From assembly GCA_963677745.1 (NCBI GenBank), contig OY782391.1, positions 128,001 to 192,000 of the forward strand: DNA of 64,000 nt, given 5' to 3'. Shown here piece after piece: positions 1 to 12,228 of the stretch. Made by a program: the position numbers and the translations under genes. Every line of letters starts with the position of its first letter. Positions within the stretch are counted from its first letter, which is position 1. Origin of the DNA: Candidatus Altimarinota bacterium. Its GTDB lineage: Bacteria > Patescibacteriota > Gracilibacteria > UBA1369. Under the pieces are notes generated by a model. The model had not been told where the DNA came from and searched no databases. It saw only the letters and a program-made list of their open reading frames with translations.

Positions 1-288
1 GACACTGGAACAAATCAGGCTTTCTTTAATGAATTTTGTTAACAGCAAATCAAAATATCTGTTTACAACCACCTTTCCCCTCAACCCGATCAACCGAGAT
101 ATTCAAACGGGCCAATGGAGCATCTTAACCTTCAAGCCGCCCCCTTCAATCTGCCCGCCCCACTTTTAGTCGTCAACGAAAAGCTTAATTCATCCAATTC
201 TGTCAGTAGCAGCAAATCTCTTGGATTATGGCTTCTGGAAGACGTAAAAACAGCCATTTTGCAGGCCGATTCCATCTATAATCAATAA
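1..288 (+). pseudogene. 3' end of a class I SAM-dependent methyltransferase-like gene with an apparent 1-nt frameshift at ~119-121
   Basis: Frame 2 reads ...NFVNSKSKYLFTTTFPLNPINRDIQTGQW, and frame 1 continues HLNLQAAPFNLPAPLLVVNE...KSLGLW to TAA at 286-288. Joined, these match the recalled family pattern YLLTTTF...DIxTGxWRxLNLxxxPFNLP...KxLGLW. Truncated by the window edge. Confidence 0.6.
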
Positions 289-328
289 ACCCGGCCATAG
301 TTCTTCCGGTCGGGGTAATTTTTCTTAT

Positions 329-404
329 TGGTGGACCTTAGGAGACTCGAACTCCTGACCTCCCCCATGCCATGGGGGCGCTCTACCAGCTGAGCTAAAG
401 GCCC
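329..404 (-). tRNA. tRNA-Ala(GGC)
   Basis: Reverse complement GGGCCTTTAGCTCAGCTGGTAGAGCG-CCCCC-AT-GGC-AT-GGGGG...GTTCGAGTC...GGTCCACCA; G3:U70 pair; encoded CCA. Confidence 0.96.
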
Positions 405-418
405 TTATTGAGACATTT

Positions 419-494
419 TGGTGGGCGCCAAGAGACTCGAACTCCTGACCCTCTCGGTGTAAACGAGATGCTCTACCAACTGAGCTAGGCGCCC
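419..494 (-). tRNA. tRNA-Val(TAC)
   Basis: Cloverleaf with anticodon arm TCTCG-TT-TAC-AC-CGAGA; encoded CCA. Confidence 0.96.
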
Positions 495-633
495 CCGTCT
501 GTAAATGTACAATTTTAAGCGACAGAAATTTATCATGCCCCCCCGCCAAACTCAAGCTGTTTTACTGAAATTTTATATTTGAAATTCGGCCCAAATATAC
601 TATATTTATCCCGCTTCTATCTTCAAAACCCCT

Positions 634-720
634 GCGCGGGTGGCGAAACTGGCAGACGCACTACCTTGAGGTGGTAGCGCCCGTAAGGGCATGGAGGTTC
701 AAGTCCTCTCCCGCGCACCA
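634..720 (+). tRNA. tRNA-Leu(GAG)
   Basis: GCGCGGG...CCCGCGC-A-CCA acceptor stem, arm CTACC-TT-GAG-GT-GGTAG, long variable arm. Confidence 0.96.
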
Positions 721-765
721 AATACATAAACACAGTTTATGTTGTTCTTTTGACAAAAGATCTGA

Positions 766-1920
766 TCAGCCACCCAGAGTAATCTCCAGTAATTTGTTCC
801 CGCGCAAGATATTCAGCCGTATTTTTTCACTATTTGGCTTATTCATGATCACCTCCATTAAATCAACATTTAAAAGTGACTGATTATCCACTTCCATTAT
901 TATATCCCCGGAACGAATTCCTGCTTTCTCCGATATGGAAGCTTTTTTAACTCCTCCGGAGGTAACTTTGCCGGCTATATCAACGTTTTCCGCCACCAGA
1001 CATCCATAGTCCAGCTCCAAACCCATTTTCTGAGCCATTTTTTTATCCAGCAGATAACACTTTAAACCCATATCCATCGGGTCAAATAATTTGTCATTGA
1101 TTGCATGTCTTTTTAAAAGAGCTGATATTTCATCCGACCCCAGTTCCGTGCCATCGCCCGCCCTGGCCAGCAATAATTGCCCGCCAAGATTGAAATAATA
1201 ACCTTTTTTGGATTGTATAACCGGATCGAAAAGCAATTTTACCGGCTGGAGATTTTCGGACAAATTCAGCAATTCACGATTCAGATCCAGTTTTCCCGAA
1301 ACCAGACCCGGCTCCACCAGGGCCTGGTCGAATAATACTGATTCCACGGCCAAAACCGCCTGACCCGTCCTGACATTTCGTTGATCTGCCAAAGAAATCG
1401 CATTCAGATCAAAAAAACGGGTCTGTTTTGTTTTTTCCAAAGCAGATTCCCCCTCTTTCAATAACCGGTACACTGAAAAACCTTTTATTTTACCCACCAA
1501 TTCCAATTCATACAGAACTTTTTCAGCGTCCATGGCCATCATCCCTTTTCCGGACTTATCCTGCCATTGCCCGCCATACAAAACCAGACCGTCGGAAGTT
1601 AAAACAAGGGCGGTGTTTTTGCAGGCCTGGGAACCTTCCAAACAGGCTTTTTGAAAATCAATTCCGGCATTCAAAAATTGTGTCTTGTCTTCGCCGGGGA
1701 AAATATTGATCAGAGATGGAGCAAACTGTTCCACGGCGGAAATGGTTGCCGATTCTTCCAGGTAAACTTTTCTTTCCGTTACCTTTTCAATATAAGCGGA
1801 TCCCGATTTGCCGTAAAACTCCCGAAATATATATAAAGTCGAAAGACTGGCCAGGCAGGCAACCAGGAATATAATTATCAACAATCCGCCGCTTTCCTTC
1901 CAATTGAGCCTGTTTATCAT
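766..1920 (-). CDS. Membrane-anchored HtrA/DegP-like protein (degenerate trypsin domain + C-terminal PDZ), probably catalytically inactive
   Basis: N-terminal TM helix; EESATISAVEQFAPSLINI and LTSDGLVL resemble HtrA; C-terminal AGIRSGDIIMEVD...LNILRGNK is PDZ-like; no TNxHV or GNSGG motif. Confidence 0.75.
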   Translation of the reverse strand: MINRLNWKESGGLLIIIFLVACLASLSTLYIFREFYGKSGSAYIEKVTERKVYLEESATISAVEQFAPSLINIFPGEDKTQFLNAGIDFQKACLEGSQACKNTALVLTSDGLVLYGGQWQDKSGKGMMAMDAEKVLYELELVGKIKGFSVYRLLKEGESALEKTKQTRFFDLNAISLADQRNVRTGQAVLAVESVLFDQALVEPGLVSGKLDLNRELLNLSENLQPVKLLFDPVIQSKKGYYFNLGGQLLLARAGDGTELGSDEISALLKRHAINDKLFDPMDMGLKCYLLDKKMAQKMGLELDYGCLVAENVDIAGKVTSGGVKKASISEKAGIRSGDIIMEVDNQSLLNVDLMEVIMNKPNSEKIRLNILRGNKLLEITLGG

Positions 1921-1981
1921 ATCGAAAAATTAAATCTGCTAATCAATAACATTAAACAGACCTCCGGTCAATTTGTGATCC

Positions 1982-3568
1982 CTACTTTTTCTTCAGCACA
2001 ATACAGGTGATGTCATCCATTTGTTTGTATCCCTGGCGATATAAATAAACATCTGAGATCAGGGCGTTTTTAATGGACAGTGCGGTTGGGAAATTACTGT
2101 ATTCCTGAACAATGGCCATCAGCCTTTTCATACCGTACATTTCTTTCTCGTTTCTCCAGGCTTCGGGAATTCCATCCGAATATATTACCAATACATCGCC
2201 GCTATCCAGGGGAATATCCCTGACATTGATCAATTGGCTGATGTCAGCCACCATACCCAATGCCAAGCCTCCGGCCGGCAAAAGTACCGTCTGTCCTTCC
2301 TTGGCCCGGTAATGAATTATCTGCTCATGACCGGCACTGACATAGGTAAATTTGTTTTGACTTGCCAGCCACTTCATCAAGACCATTGTGATAAACATAT
2401 TGGGCATCGTTTTTGCTTTCAACACCTGGTTTACCTCATTCAATATCTCATCCAGATTTGCCTGGTCCGCATAGGAATATAAAAGCGCGTTGGCAATTGA
2501 CACCACTATTCCCGAAGGCACACCGTGTCCGGTAACATCACCCAGATAAAACAGCATTTCATCCTCATTCAGCTGTAAAAAGTCATAACAATCCCCTCCA
2601 ATTTCCTCTGCGGGAATAATACCGGCAGCCAGATCAATACCGGCAATCTGAGGGACCTTGGCCGGAATAATTCTCTTTTGAATCTGACGTGCCAATTCCA
2701 GCTCCTTACCGACTCTTTCCTTATAAATAAGAGCCTTGGTACTTTCCTGTAATTCCGCCGCCATCTTATTGAAAGTCTGTGCCAGATCGTAAATTTCATC
2801 CTTGGTTTTCACCTCCACCCGATGCGTCAAATCACCGGTGGCCAGAATTTCCGCCCCCTTTTTCAGAATGTGCAGCGGTTTGGTGATGGTGGAACCAAAA
2901 ACAATTGCCAGTAATACGCCTAAACTGACGCCAAAGATCGCCAATATGATGATTCTTAATTCCGTAGCCCAAATCCTGGCTGACAATGCACCATAACTCA
3001 CCCCAAAAATCACCGAATACTCTTCATCCGCCGGTTCCACCAGATAATTAATTTTTTCCGTTGCCCCCAATCCTTTTATAGCCTTATCATCAGCATTTAC
3101 AGAGTTATAGGTAATTGTCCCGTCCGGCAATTCAGTCTTTTGGAAATAAATAACCTGCTTCTTTTCCGCAGTCCGCACGGACATCTTTTTGGCCTTGATC
3201 TGATCAAGTGTTGTATCATCCTCCAGCCATCTTTTGGCACCGGAATACTGGCGTTCAGTATCCTGTTGTGAATCGTACAAAATTTCCCCCTCAAAATTCA
3301 CCACTTGAATCAGGAGAATATCCTCATTTTTTGCCAAAATATCCTTGATGTTCCTGTTAAAATAAACAAAACTTTCCGGAATCATGTACAACTTGTAATC
3401 CTCCACCACCTTATCGGAGGTTAGTTCGGCAAAAGAACGCGCACGGATAAAGATATCCTGTATCAACTCTTTTTCTTTTTCCCTTACCTGCAAAAAGGCC
3501 GATATCGTCAACAGAATTACGATAAAGGTGGAAATCCCCAAGATCAGTTTTGACCTTAATGTTTTCAT
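1982..3568 (-). CDS. Membrane sensor with HAMP domain and SpoIIE/RsbU-type PP2C phosphatase
   Basis: Two TM helices around an extracytoplasmic domain; HAMP (ITKPL...DEIYDLAQTFNKM); PP2C motifs IGGDCYD, GDVTGHG, SAGH, YSDG, DDIT. Confidence 0.92.
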   Translation of the reverse strand: MKTLRSKLILGISTFIVILLTISAFLQVREKEKELIQDIFIRARSFAELTSDKVVEDYKLYMIPESFVYFNRNIKDILAKNEDILLIQVVNFEGEILYDSQQDTERQYSGAKRWLEDDTTLDQIKAKKMSVRTAEKKQVIYFQKTELPDGTITYNSVNADDKAIKGLGATEKINYLVEPADEEYSVIFGVSYGALSARIWATELRIIILAIFGVSLGVLLAIVFGSTITKPLHILKKGAEILATGDLTHRVEVKTKDEIYDLAQTFNKMAAELQESTKALIYKERVGKELELARQIQKRIIPAKVPQIAGIDLAAGIIPAEEIGGDCYDFLQLNEDEMLFYLGDVTGHGVPSGIVVSIANALLYSYADQANLDEILNEVNQVLKAKTMPNMFITMVLMKWLASQNKFTYVSAGHEQIIHYRAKEGQTVLLPAGGLALGMVADISQLINVRDIPLDSGDVLVIYSDGIPEAWRNEKEMYGMKRLMAIVQEYSNFPTALSIKNALISDVYLYRQGYKQMDDITCIVLKKK

Positions 3569-5112
3569 AGCTTCATTCTGATGGTTGAGGGATAAATCAA
3601 AGAATCAACGCGGGGCTTAAAATACAGATCGGGCAGATGGGCAAACAGAGATTCAGTCTCAAATAACGGAACTCCGATCAAATCATCTTCCACGGCAATT
3701 TTCATGGCTTCTTGCATACTTTTCAAACGGTTTTGCAGGTTAAAATCGTTTTCAGCCGATTCAATCAGCCGATCCACCTTTTCATTCTTGTAATTCATAC
3801 CGTTATAAATGCCGTAGCCCCCGGCAGTCTTTGAATGCAAAATACTTTTTAAAAAGGGTAAAGCGTCGCCACTGTCATTTCGCCATCCCAGATAGTAAAA
3901 GGGCAATGTCCCCTGGGACAAACTGTCCTGAAGTTTGACATCGGTCATGGGAATAGCTTCAACCCTGATGCCAATTTCATCCAACTGTTCCTGAAAATAC
4001 TGTCCCAGTAATTTCAGTGATTCAGGATAATAAAACTTAACATCAACTTTTTCGAATCCGGAAGTAATTTTTTCCAACTGTTTGGAAGCTTCAATCAGAT
4101 CATAAGTATACCCTGTGATTGACGGGTCATAGCCAAAAACGCCATTGGAAACAAACTGATTTACAGTCTTGGCAAAGCCATAAGCCAAATCCAAAAAAAC
4201 CGTTTTATTCAGGGAACGGGCAACTGCTTCCCGGGCCTCCTTCTGGGCAAAAAATTCATCGTTTAAATTAAACATCACAAAACCTACTTCCAGACTTGGC
4301 ATCGTCACGACAGAAATGCCTTTTTCCTTAAGTATATCGACACTATCGGGCGGCACATTGACCAACAGATCAATTTGTCCTTCCAATAATCCGTTTACGC
4401 GCTCCCCCTTATCCGGTACGGCCGAAATTTCCAACTGCCGGAAATATGGCTGTTCACCCCAATATTGCTCAAATCGTTGATAGTCAATTTTAGTAAGATC
4501 CGACACCACAGTAACTTTAAACGGTCCTGTGCCGACTGGATGGTCAAAATCGGTAAAATCCTTCTTGATAATCGGCAATTTGGACAGTTTGTTCAGTAAC
4601 AAAGGATCCGGTTTTTTGGTAACAAAATTCAGGGTCTGGTCGTCAATTTTTTCAACCTTTTCCAGACTTTCCACCAAATCTGACGCCACCCCGGAATATT
4701 TTTGGGCCTGTTCATAGCTGTAAACCACATCATCTGCGGACAACACTTTTCCGTCATGAAACTTCACATCTTCCCTAATGTGAAATGTCCAGTTATTCTC
4801 AGACAGCAAACCGTAGTAAACCGCCAATACCGGTTGAACATTAAAATTTTCATCCAATCCTACCAAAGGCTGATAAACGTCAATCAATCTGCTTTGAACA
4901 GCGGGATCTGCCGAAAAGGGAAACAAATCCTGGGGAGCAAACAAATAGGCAATCTTCAAAACCTGATTTTCCGGGGCCAATTCCGAATATTTGTCATAGC
5001 TGAACAGACTGGCCAAAGCCGTAAACTGTTCCTCAAACAACAACGCCCCTCCAGACAGCAGCACCACCAGAGCCAGCATCAGCATTCCCAGTTTTTCAGT
5101 AATCTTCTTCAA
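3565..5112 (-). CDS. Extracellular solute-binding protein, family 5 (OppA/DppA-like)
   Basis: Motifs WTFHIREDVKFHDG, ADDVVYS, PVGTGPFK, RFEQYWG; N-terminal hydrophobic anchor; TTG start; 4-nt overlap with the phosphatase gene. Confidence 0.9.
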   Translation of the reverse strand: MKKITEKLGMLMLALVVLLSGGALLFEEQFTALASLFSYDKYSELAPENQVLKIAYLFAPQDLFPFSADPAVQSRLIDVYQPLVGLDENFNVQPVLAVYYGLLSENNWTFHIREDVKFHDGKVLSADDVVYSYEQAQKYSGVASDLVESLEKVEKIDDQTLNFVTKKPDPLLLNKLSKLPIIKKDFTDFDHPVGTGPFKVTVVSDLTKIDYQRFEQYWGEQPYFRQLEISAVPDKGERVNGLLEGQIDLLVNVPPDSVDILKEKGISVVTMPSLEVGFVMFNLNDEFFAQKEAREAVARSLNKTVFLDLAYGFAKTVNQFVSNGVFGYDPSITGYTYDLIEASKQLEKITSGFEKVDVKFYYPESLKLLGQYFQEQLDEIGIRVEAIPMTDVKLQDSLSQGTLPFYYLGWRNDSGDALPFLKSILHSKTAGGYGIYNGMNYKNEKVDRLIESAENDFNLQNRLKSMQEAMKIAVEDDLIGVPLFETESLFAHLPDLYFKPRVDSLIYPSTIRMKL

Positions 5113-5172
5113 GGAGATATATTAATATCCCCTGATTATAACAGAAAAACGGCTTTTTTTTAAGTCAAAACG

Positions 5173-6996
5173 CTATCTTTTCAGAATACTCAGAAAGGCC
5201 TCCTGGGGAACCTCCACCCTCCCGATCATTTTCATGCGTTTTTTTCCTTCTTTCTGTTTTTTCAGAAGTTTATCCTTACGGGTTCTGTCACCCCCATAAA
5301 GTTTGGCCGTAACATCCTTTCTCAAAGCGGAAATTGACTCTCTGGCCACCACCTTGCCGCCTATAGCCGCCTGTATGGCAATCTCAAACTGGGCCTTGGG
5401 AATAAGCTCTTTCAGTCTTTTGGCGGTAGCCATGCCTATTTTATGAGCTTCCGGCCTATAAACAATACTGGCCAGGGCATCCACGGTTTCACCCGTTACC
5501 TTTATATCCAATTTTACCAGATCCCCCTGCCGGTATTCGATAAATTCATAATTCATTGAACCATAACCGGAAGTGAGACTTTTGAGTGTATCAAAAAAAT
5601 CCACAACAATCGAAGACAGTGGCAGTTCCGCCACCAAAAGAATACGATCGGCATCGATATAGGAATAATTTTTCTGCAAACCTCTTTTCTCCTGTACCAA
5701 AGCCATTACACCGCCCAAATAATCCTTCGGAAAAAGCATTTCCACTTTCACCCAGGGTTCCTTAACCTGTTCAATGGTGGCAGGATCAGGCAAATCGGAA
5801 GGACTTAAAATCAAAGTCTCATTTCTGATACCATCTTTTCCTCTTTGTACAATCTGATAGGAAACCGACGGGGCGGTTATCACCAGATCGAGATTATATT
5901 CACGTTCCAGTCTTTCCTGGACAATTTCCATGTGCAAGAGCCCCAGAAAACCGGTCCTGAAGCCAAATCCCAAGGCCGAGGACTGCTCCGGTTCAAAGGA
6001 AAGGGCAGAATCACTCAGACGGAGTTTTTGTAAAGCTTCCCTGAGTAAGGGATAATCATCACCATTTACGCAAAAAATTGAGGCAAAAACAAAAGGTTTC
6101 ACCACCTTGTAGCCTGCCAAAGGGGTAGCCTGACTGCTCTCAGTCCTGGGAATACCGGGTTTCCAGACGGTATCACCGACTCTTGCCTCGGAAACATCTT
6201 TCAAACCGGTCACGATATAACCGACCTCACCGGTCAGCAGCTCCTCTGCTAATTCATATTTTGGCTTAAAATAGCCTACTTCAACCACCTCCAGTTCGTT
6301 TTTGGAATGAAGGTAAACTACTTTGTCCCCTCTTCTCAAAGAACCGGAAAAAACTCTAACATAAGCCACCACGCCCTTATAAGAATCATAGACCGAGTCA
6401 AAAATAAGAGCCTTGGTTTCGGCGGCATCACCGCCGTCAGCCGGTGGTCCCAGCCTCTCCACAACCGCCTCCAGCACTTTTTCCACGTTAGTTCCCTCCT
6501 TGGCTGAAATGGCAATTATTTCCTCTCTGGGAATAGACAGCACATTCTCTATTTCCTGTGAATATCTCTCCACATCCGCTGAGGGAAGATCAATTTTATT
6601 CAGAACGGGAATAATCTTGAGATTATGTTCCAATGCCATATAGCAATTGGCCAAAGTCTGGGCTTCAATTCCCTGAGTAGCATCAACCACCAAAATTGCC
6701 CCCTCACAGGCCGCCAGACTGCGTGAAACTTCATAAGTGAAGTCCACATGCCCGGGCGTATCAATCAGATTTAAAATGTAATCCTGTCCCTTATAGACCC
6801 AGTTCATGCGAACCGGCTGTAATTTGATGGTAATTCCTCTTTCCTGCTCCAAATCCATCATGTCCAGTACCTGAGAAGTCTTCATCTCACGTTTGGCGAT
6901 TGTTCCGGTAATTTCCAAAAGACGGTCGGCCAGGGTCGACTTTCCATGGTCAATATGGGCAATAATGCAAAAATTGCGGATTTTTTCTGTACTCAT
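5173..6996 (-). CDS. lepA: Elongation factor 4 (LepA)
   Basis: IRNFCIIAHIDHGKSTLADR, DTPGHVDF, NKID, GFLGLLHMEIVQERLERE, KLLKKQKEGKKRMK. Start placed at ATG 6996 (MSTEKIRNF). Confidence 0.98.
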   Translation of the reverse strand: MSTEKIRNFCIIAHIDHGKSTLADRLLEITGTIAKREMKTSQVLDMMDLEQERGITIKLQPVRMNWVYKGQDYILNLIDTPGHVDFTYEVSRSLAACEGAILVVDATQGIEAQTLANCYMALEHNLKIIPVLNKIDLPSADVERYSQEIENVLSIPREEIIAISAKEGTNVEKVLEAVVERLGPPADGGDAAETKALIFDSVYDSYKGVVAYVRVFSGSLRRGDKVVYLHSKNELEVVEVGYFKPKYELAEELLTGEVGYIVTGLKDVSEARVGDTVWKPGIPRTESSQATPLAGYKVVKPFVFASIFCVNGDDYPLLREALQKLRLSDSALSFEPEQSSALGFGFRTGFLGLLHMEIVQERLEREYNLDLVITAPSVSYQIVQRGKDGIRNETLILSPSDLPDPATIEQVKEPWVKVEMLFPKDYLGGVMALVQEKRGLQKNYSYIDADRILLVAELPLSSIVVDFFDTLKSLTSGYGSMNYEFIEYRQGDLVKLDIKVTGETVDALASIVYRPEAHKIGMATAKRLKELIPKAQFEIAIQAAIGGKVVARESISALRKDVTAKLYGGDRTRKDKLLKKQKEGKKRMKMIGRVEVPQEAFLSILKR

Positions 6997-7128
6997 ATTT
7001 AAAATTTTGTGAGCACATCTTAGCAAACCCGCTCAAAAACTCAACCGGTCCTCACCAAGAAATAATTTGCCGATAAGCATTAACAAAAAGGCCATTTTAT
7101 GATAAAATCTAAGGATTAATTAATCTAA

Positions 7129-7554
7129 ATGCAATATAAGGTCCCCCAGGACGTACAAAGAGAAGACCGCATAGTCGGGCCGTTGACGCTCCGTCAATTA
7201 ATAATCTGTGGCATTGGATTCAGTATTGCCTATGCCATTTACACGGTTCTGGGACGTGATTACGAAATAATTACAGCCCTGATACCGGTAGTCATTATCG
7301 GTCTTATAACCGTAATTTTCGCCTTTATAAAGCCGTTAGATTTGGTATTTGAAAGATATATTCTGTTTTGGATTGAAAGTCTGATCCTGCCAAGAAAACG
7401 TTATTGGCTTAAGGGAATGGCTGATCCGTCGAGAATGATCTATCTGCCATCGATGGCGCAACAGAAAAAGGTACCGGTCAAAATCGTTGAAAAAGAAGAA
7501 AAAAAGAAAAAGTCATTAGCCGAATTAACTGAAATACTAGACAAAAAAATCTAA
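7129..7554 (+). CDS. PrgI-family membrane protein (VirB3-like)
   Basis: N-terminal MQYKVPQDVQREDRIVGPLTLRQL, two TM helices, PRKRYW motif. Confidence 0.85.
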   Translation: MQYKVPQDVQREDRIVGPLTLRQLIICGIGFSIAYAIYTVLGRDYEIITALIPVVIIGLITVIFAFIKPLDLVFERYILFWIESLILPRKRYWLKGMADPSRMIYLPSMAQQKKVPVKIVEKEEKKKKSLAELTEILDKKI

Positions 7555-7557
7555 ATT

Positions 7558-8370
7558 ATGCCCAATACAGTCAAAAACTCAAAAATAGTGGAAGGTCCCA
7601 CACTCAGCACCCAGACTTATCTGCGCATCGCAGAAATCAGGGAAAATACCATAGTACTAAAAAATTCCGGATTAAGAAGCGTCTTGAGGGTATCCAGTAT
7701 CAATTTCAACCTCAAATCCGAGGATGAACAAAATGCCATAATATATTCCTATCAGGGCTTTCTAAATACATTGGAAGACCCGATTCAGATCGTAGTCCGC
7801 TCGAAAAAACTTGATATCGACAATTATCTTGAGGACATTAAACAGAAAGGTAACAAACAAACCAATGCTCTTCTGCAGAAACAAACCTTCGAGTATGTAG
7901 AATACGTCCAAAAACTGGTTGAATATGCCGATATTATGTCCAAAGAATTCTATGTGATTGTTCCTCAGGATCCCTACAGTGTAAAACATCAAACCTTTCT
8001 GGAAAAATTTTTCGGGTATATCAATGCCAAAGACAGCTATGCGACCATCAAACAACGCCGCGATGAATTTGAGGAATTAAAGAAAAAACTGTCCCAGAAG
8101 GTAAACGGAGTTAAGGTTGGCCTGGAAAACTGCGGTCTGAAAGTGGAAGAACTTACGACCAAAGAGCTGATCCAGCTATTTTATGAAATCAACAACCCTG
8201 TAACCTCCAGATATCAGAAAGGTGAAAATTGGGATTCCAGCAACCTTAAATCAGATGAAGAAATAAAAGCGGAAGATGAGGGCGTGGGATTATCAGAGAA
8301 AAAAGGACCGACAGCTGCAATGGAAACAGCAAAAAAGGCCGAGAGCAACGCTTCGGTTATGAAAGGTTAA
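7558..8370 (+). CDS. TraC/VirB4 N-terminal-like conjugation-associated protein
   Basis: STQTYLRIAEIRENTIVLK, SINFNLKSEDEQNAII, FYVIVP motifs typical of the protein following PrgI in CPR genomes (recalled); no Walker motifs. Confidence 0.7.
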   Translation: MPNTVKNSKIVEGPTLSTQTYLRIAEIRENTIVLKNSGLRSVLRVSSINFNLKSEDEQNAIIYSYQGFLNTLEDPIQIVVRSKKLDIDNYLEDIKQKGNKQTNALLQKQTFEYVEYVQKLVEYADIMSKEFYVIVPQDPYSVKHQTFLEKFFGYINAKDSYATIKQRRDEFEELKKKLSQKVNGVKVGLENCGLKVEELTTKELIQLFYEINNPVTSRYQKGENWDSSNLKSDEEIKAEDEGVGLSEKKGPTAAMETAKKAESNASVMKG

Positions 8371-8425
8371 TTTAATTCTGAAATATTTATTAAGGCGCCT
8401 TTTATTGGAATAATAAAAAGCACCG

Positions 8426-8541
8426 TCTTGGCGACGCCCTACTCTCCCAGGACTGTTGTCCTAGTATCATCAGCGAAGAAAGGCTTAACTGCTGTGTTCG
8501 AGATGGGAACAGGTGTACCCCTTTCTCTATAGTCACCAAGA
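8426..8541 (-). rRNA. rrf: 5S rRNA
   Basis: Reverse complement contains CCTGTTCCCATCTCGAACACAGCAGTTAAG and GGGAGAGTAGGGCGTCGCCAAGA; ~116 nt; ends approximate. Confidence 0.95.
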
Positions 8542-8626
8542 CGGTGCTTTTTAATTTCACCGTCAAAATTGGGTGTAGTAAATTTCTCAGTAATCTTCAA
8601 TAATTGCTAGTTAAAGTGCAAATTAA

Positions 8627-11632
<3,006 letters not shown>

Positions 11633-11811
11633 TACTAATTTGCATTTCTTTAACTAACAATCATTGAAGATTATCAGTTAGAAATATTTGAATATACTAC
11701 AATAATTTCTAATTACAGAGATTATTTACTACACCCGAATTTTTAACGTGCACCAACTGACGAAAAACTTTCAGATTTGCAACAATGGGTTCTCCCTCAG
11801 AAAGCCACCCT

Positions 11812-11839
11812 ATTATATTTAGAGTTCTGGCAAAGTCAA
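11812..11839 (-). promoter_or_regulatory. Sigma-70-type promoter for the 23S-5S unit
   Basis: Minus strand reads TTGACT-N16-TATAAT about 180 nt upstream of the 23S 5' end. Confidence 0.8.
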
Positions 11840-11928
11840 GAAAAATCTTGGACTTTTTTTAGATAGGCAAAATACAGCTAAACAAGGTCGTAAACAGGCA
11901 GTTGTAGAGTGTGACTTTTTACTAAAAT

Positions 11929-12159
11929 CTAAAAGAATCTGGACAGAAATCCAAAGAGCTGGTCAAAACTGCCCAGGGCATACATCATGCAACCTATCCA
12001 AATCAAAAAAGCAAAAATTATGATCAGGGTATAAGTTCCCCCGGCGCCCAGTTTCTGTTCTGCCCATTCCAGCTTCCCGGTGAAATTGACGATTTTCTGG
12101 CGGAAGATAATCAACAGCAGAGCAATCGGAAACCCTATTAAAAAGATAACTAATTTCAT
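11929..12159 (-). CDS. Small two-TM hypothetical membrane protein (76 aa)
   Basis: MKLVIFLIGF...FTGKLEWAEQKLGAGGTY... with two hydrophobic helices; ATG at 12159 preferred. Confidence 0.7.
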   Translation of the reverse strand: MKLVIFLIGFPIALLLIIFRQKIVNFTGKLEWAEQKLGAGGTYTLIIIFAFLIWIGCMMYALGSFDQLFGFLSRFF

Positions 12160-12228
12160 GTAACAATCTTTATTACTGTTGATATTATACCCCAAAACGG
12201 TATAGAGATATAAGACCAAATTACACCC

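Noticed and set aside
325-883. ORFs 325-555 and 671-883
   Set aside because: They overlap tRNA genes and are spurious translations; the same applies to 16001-16213 and 19985-20173.
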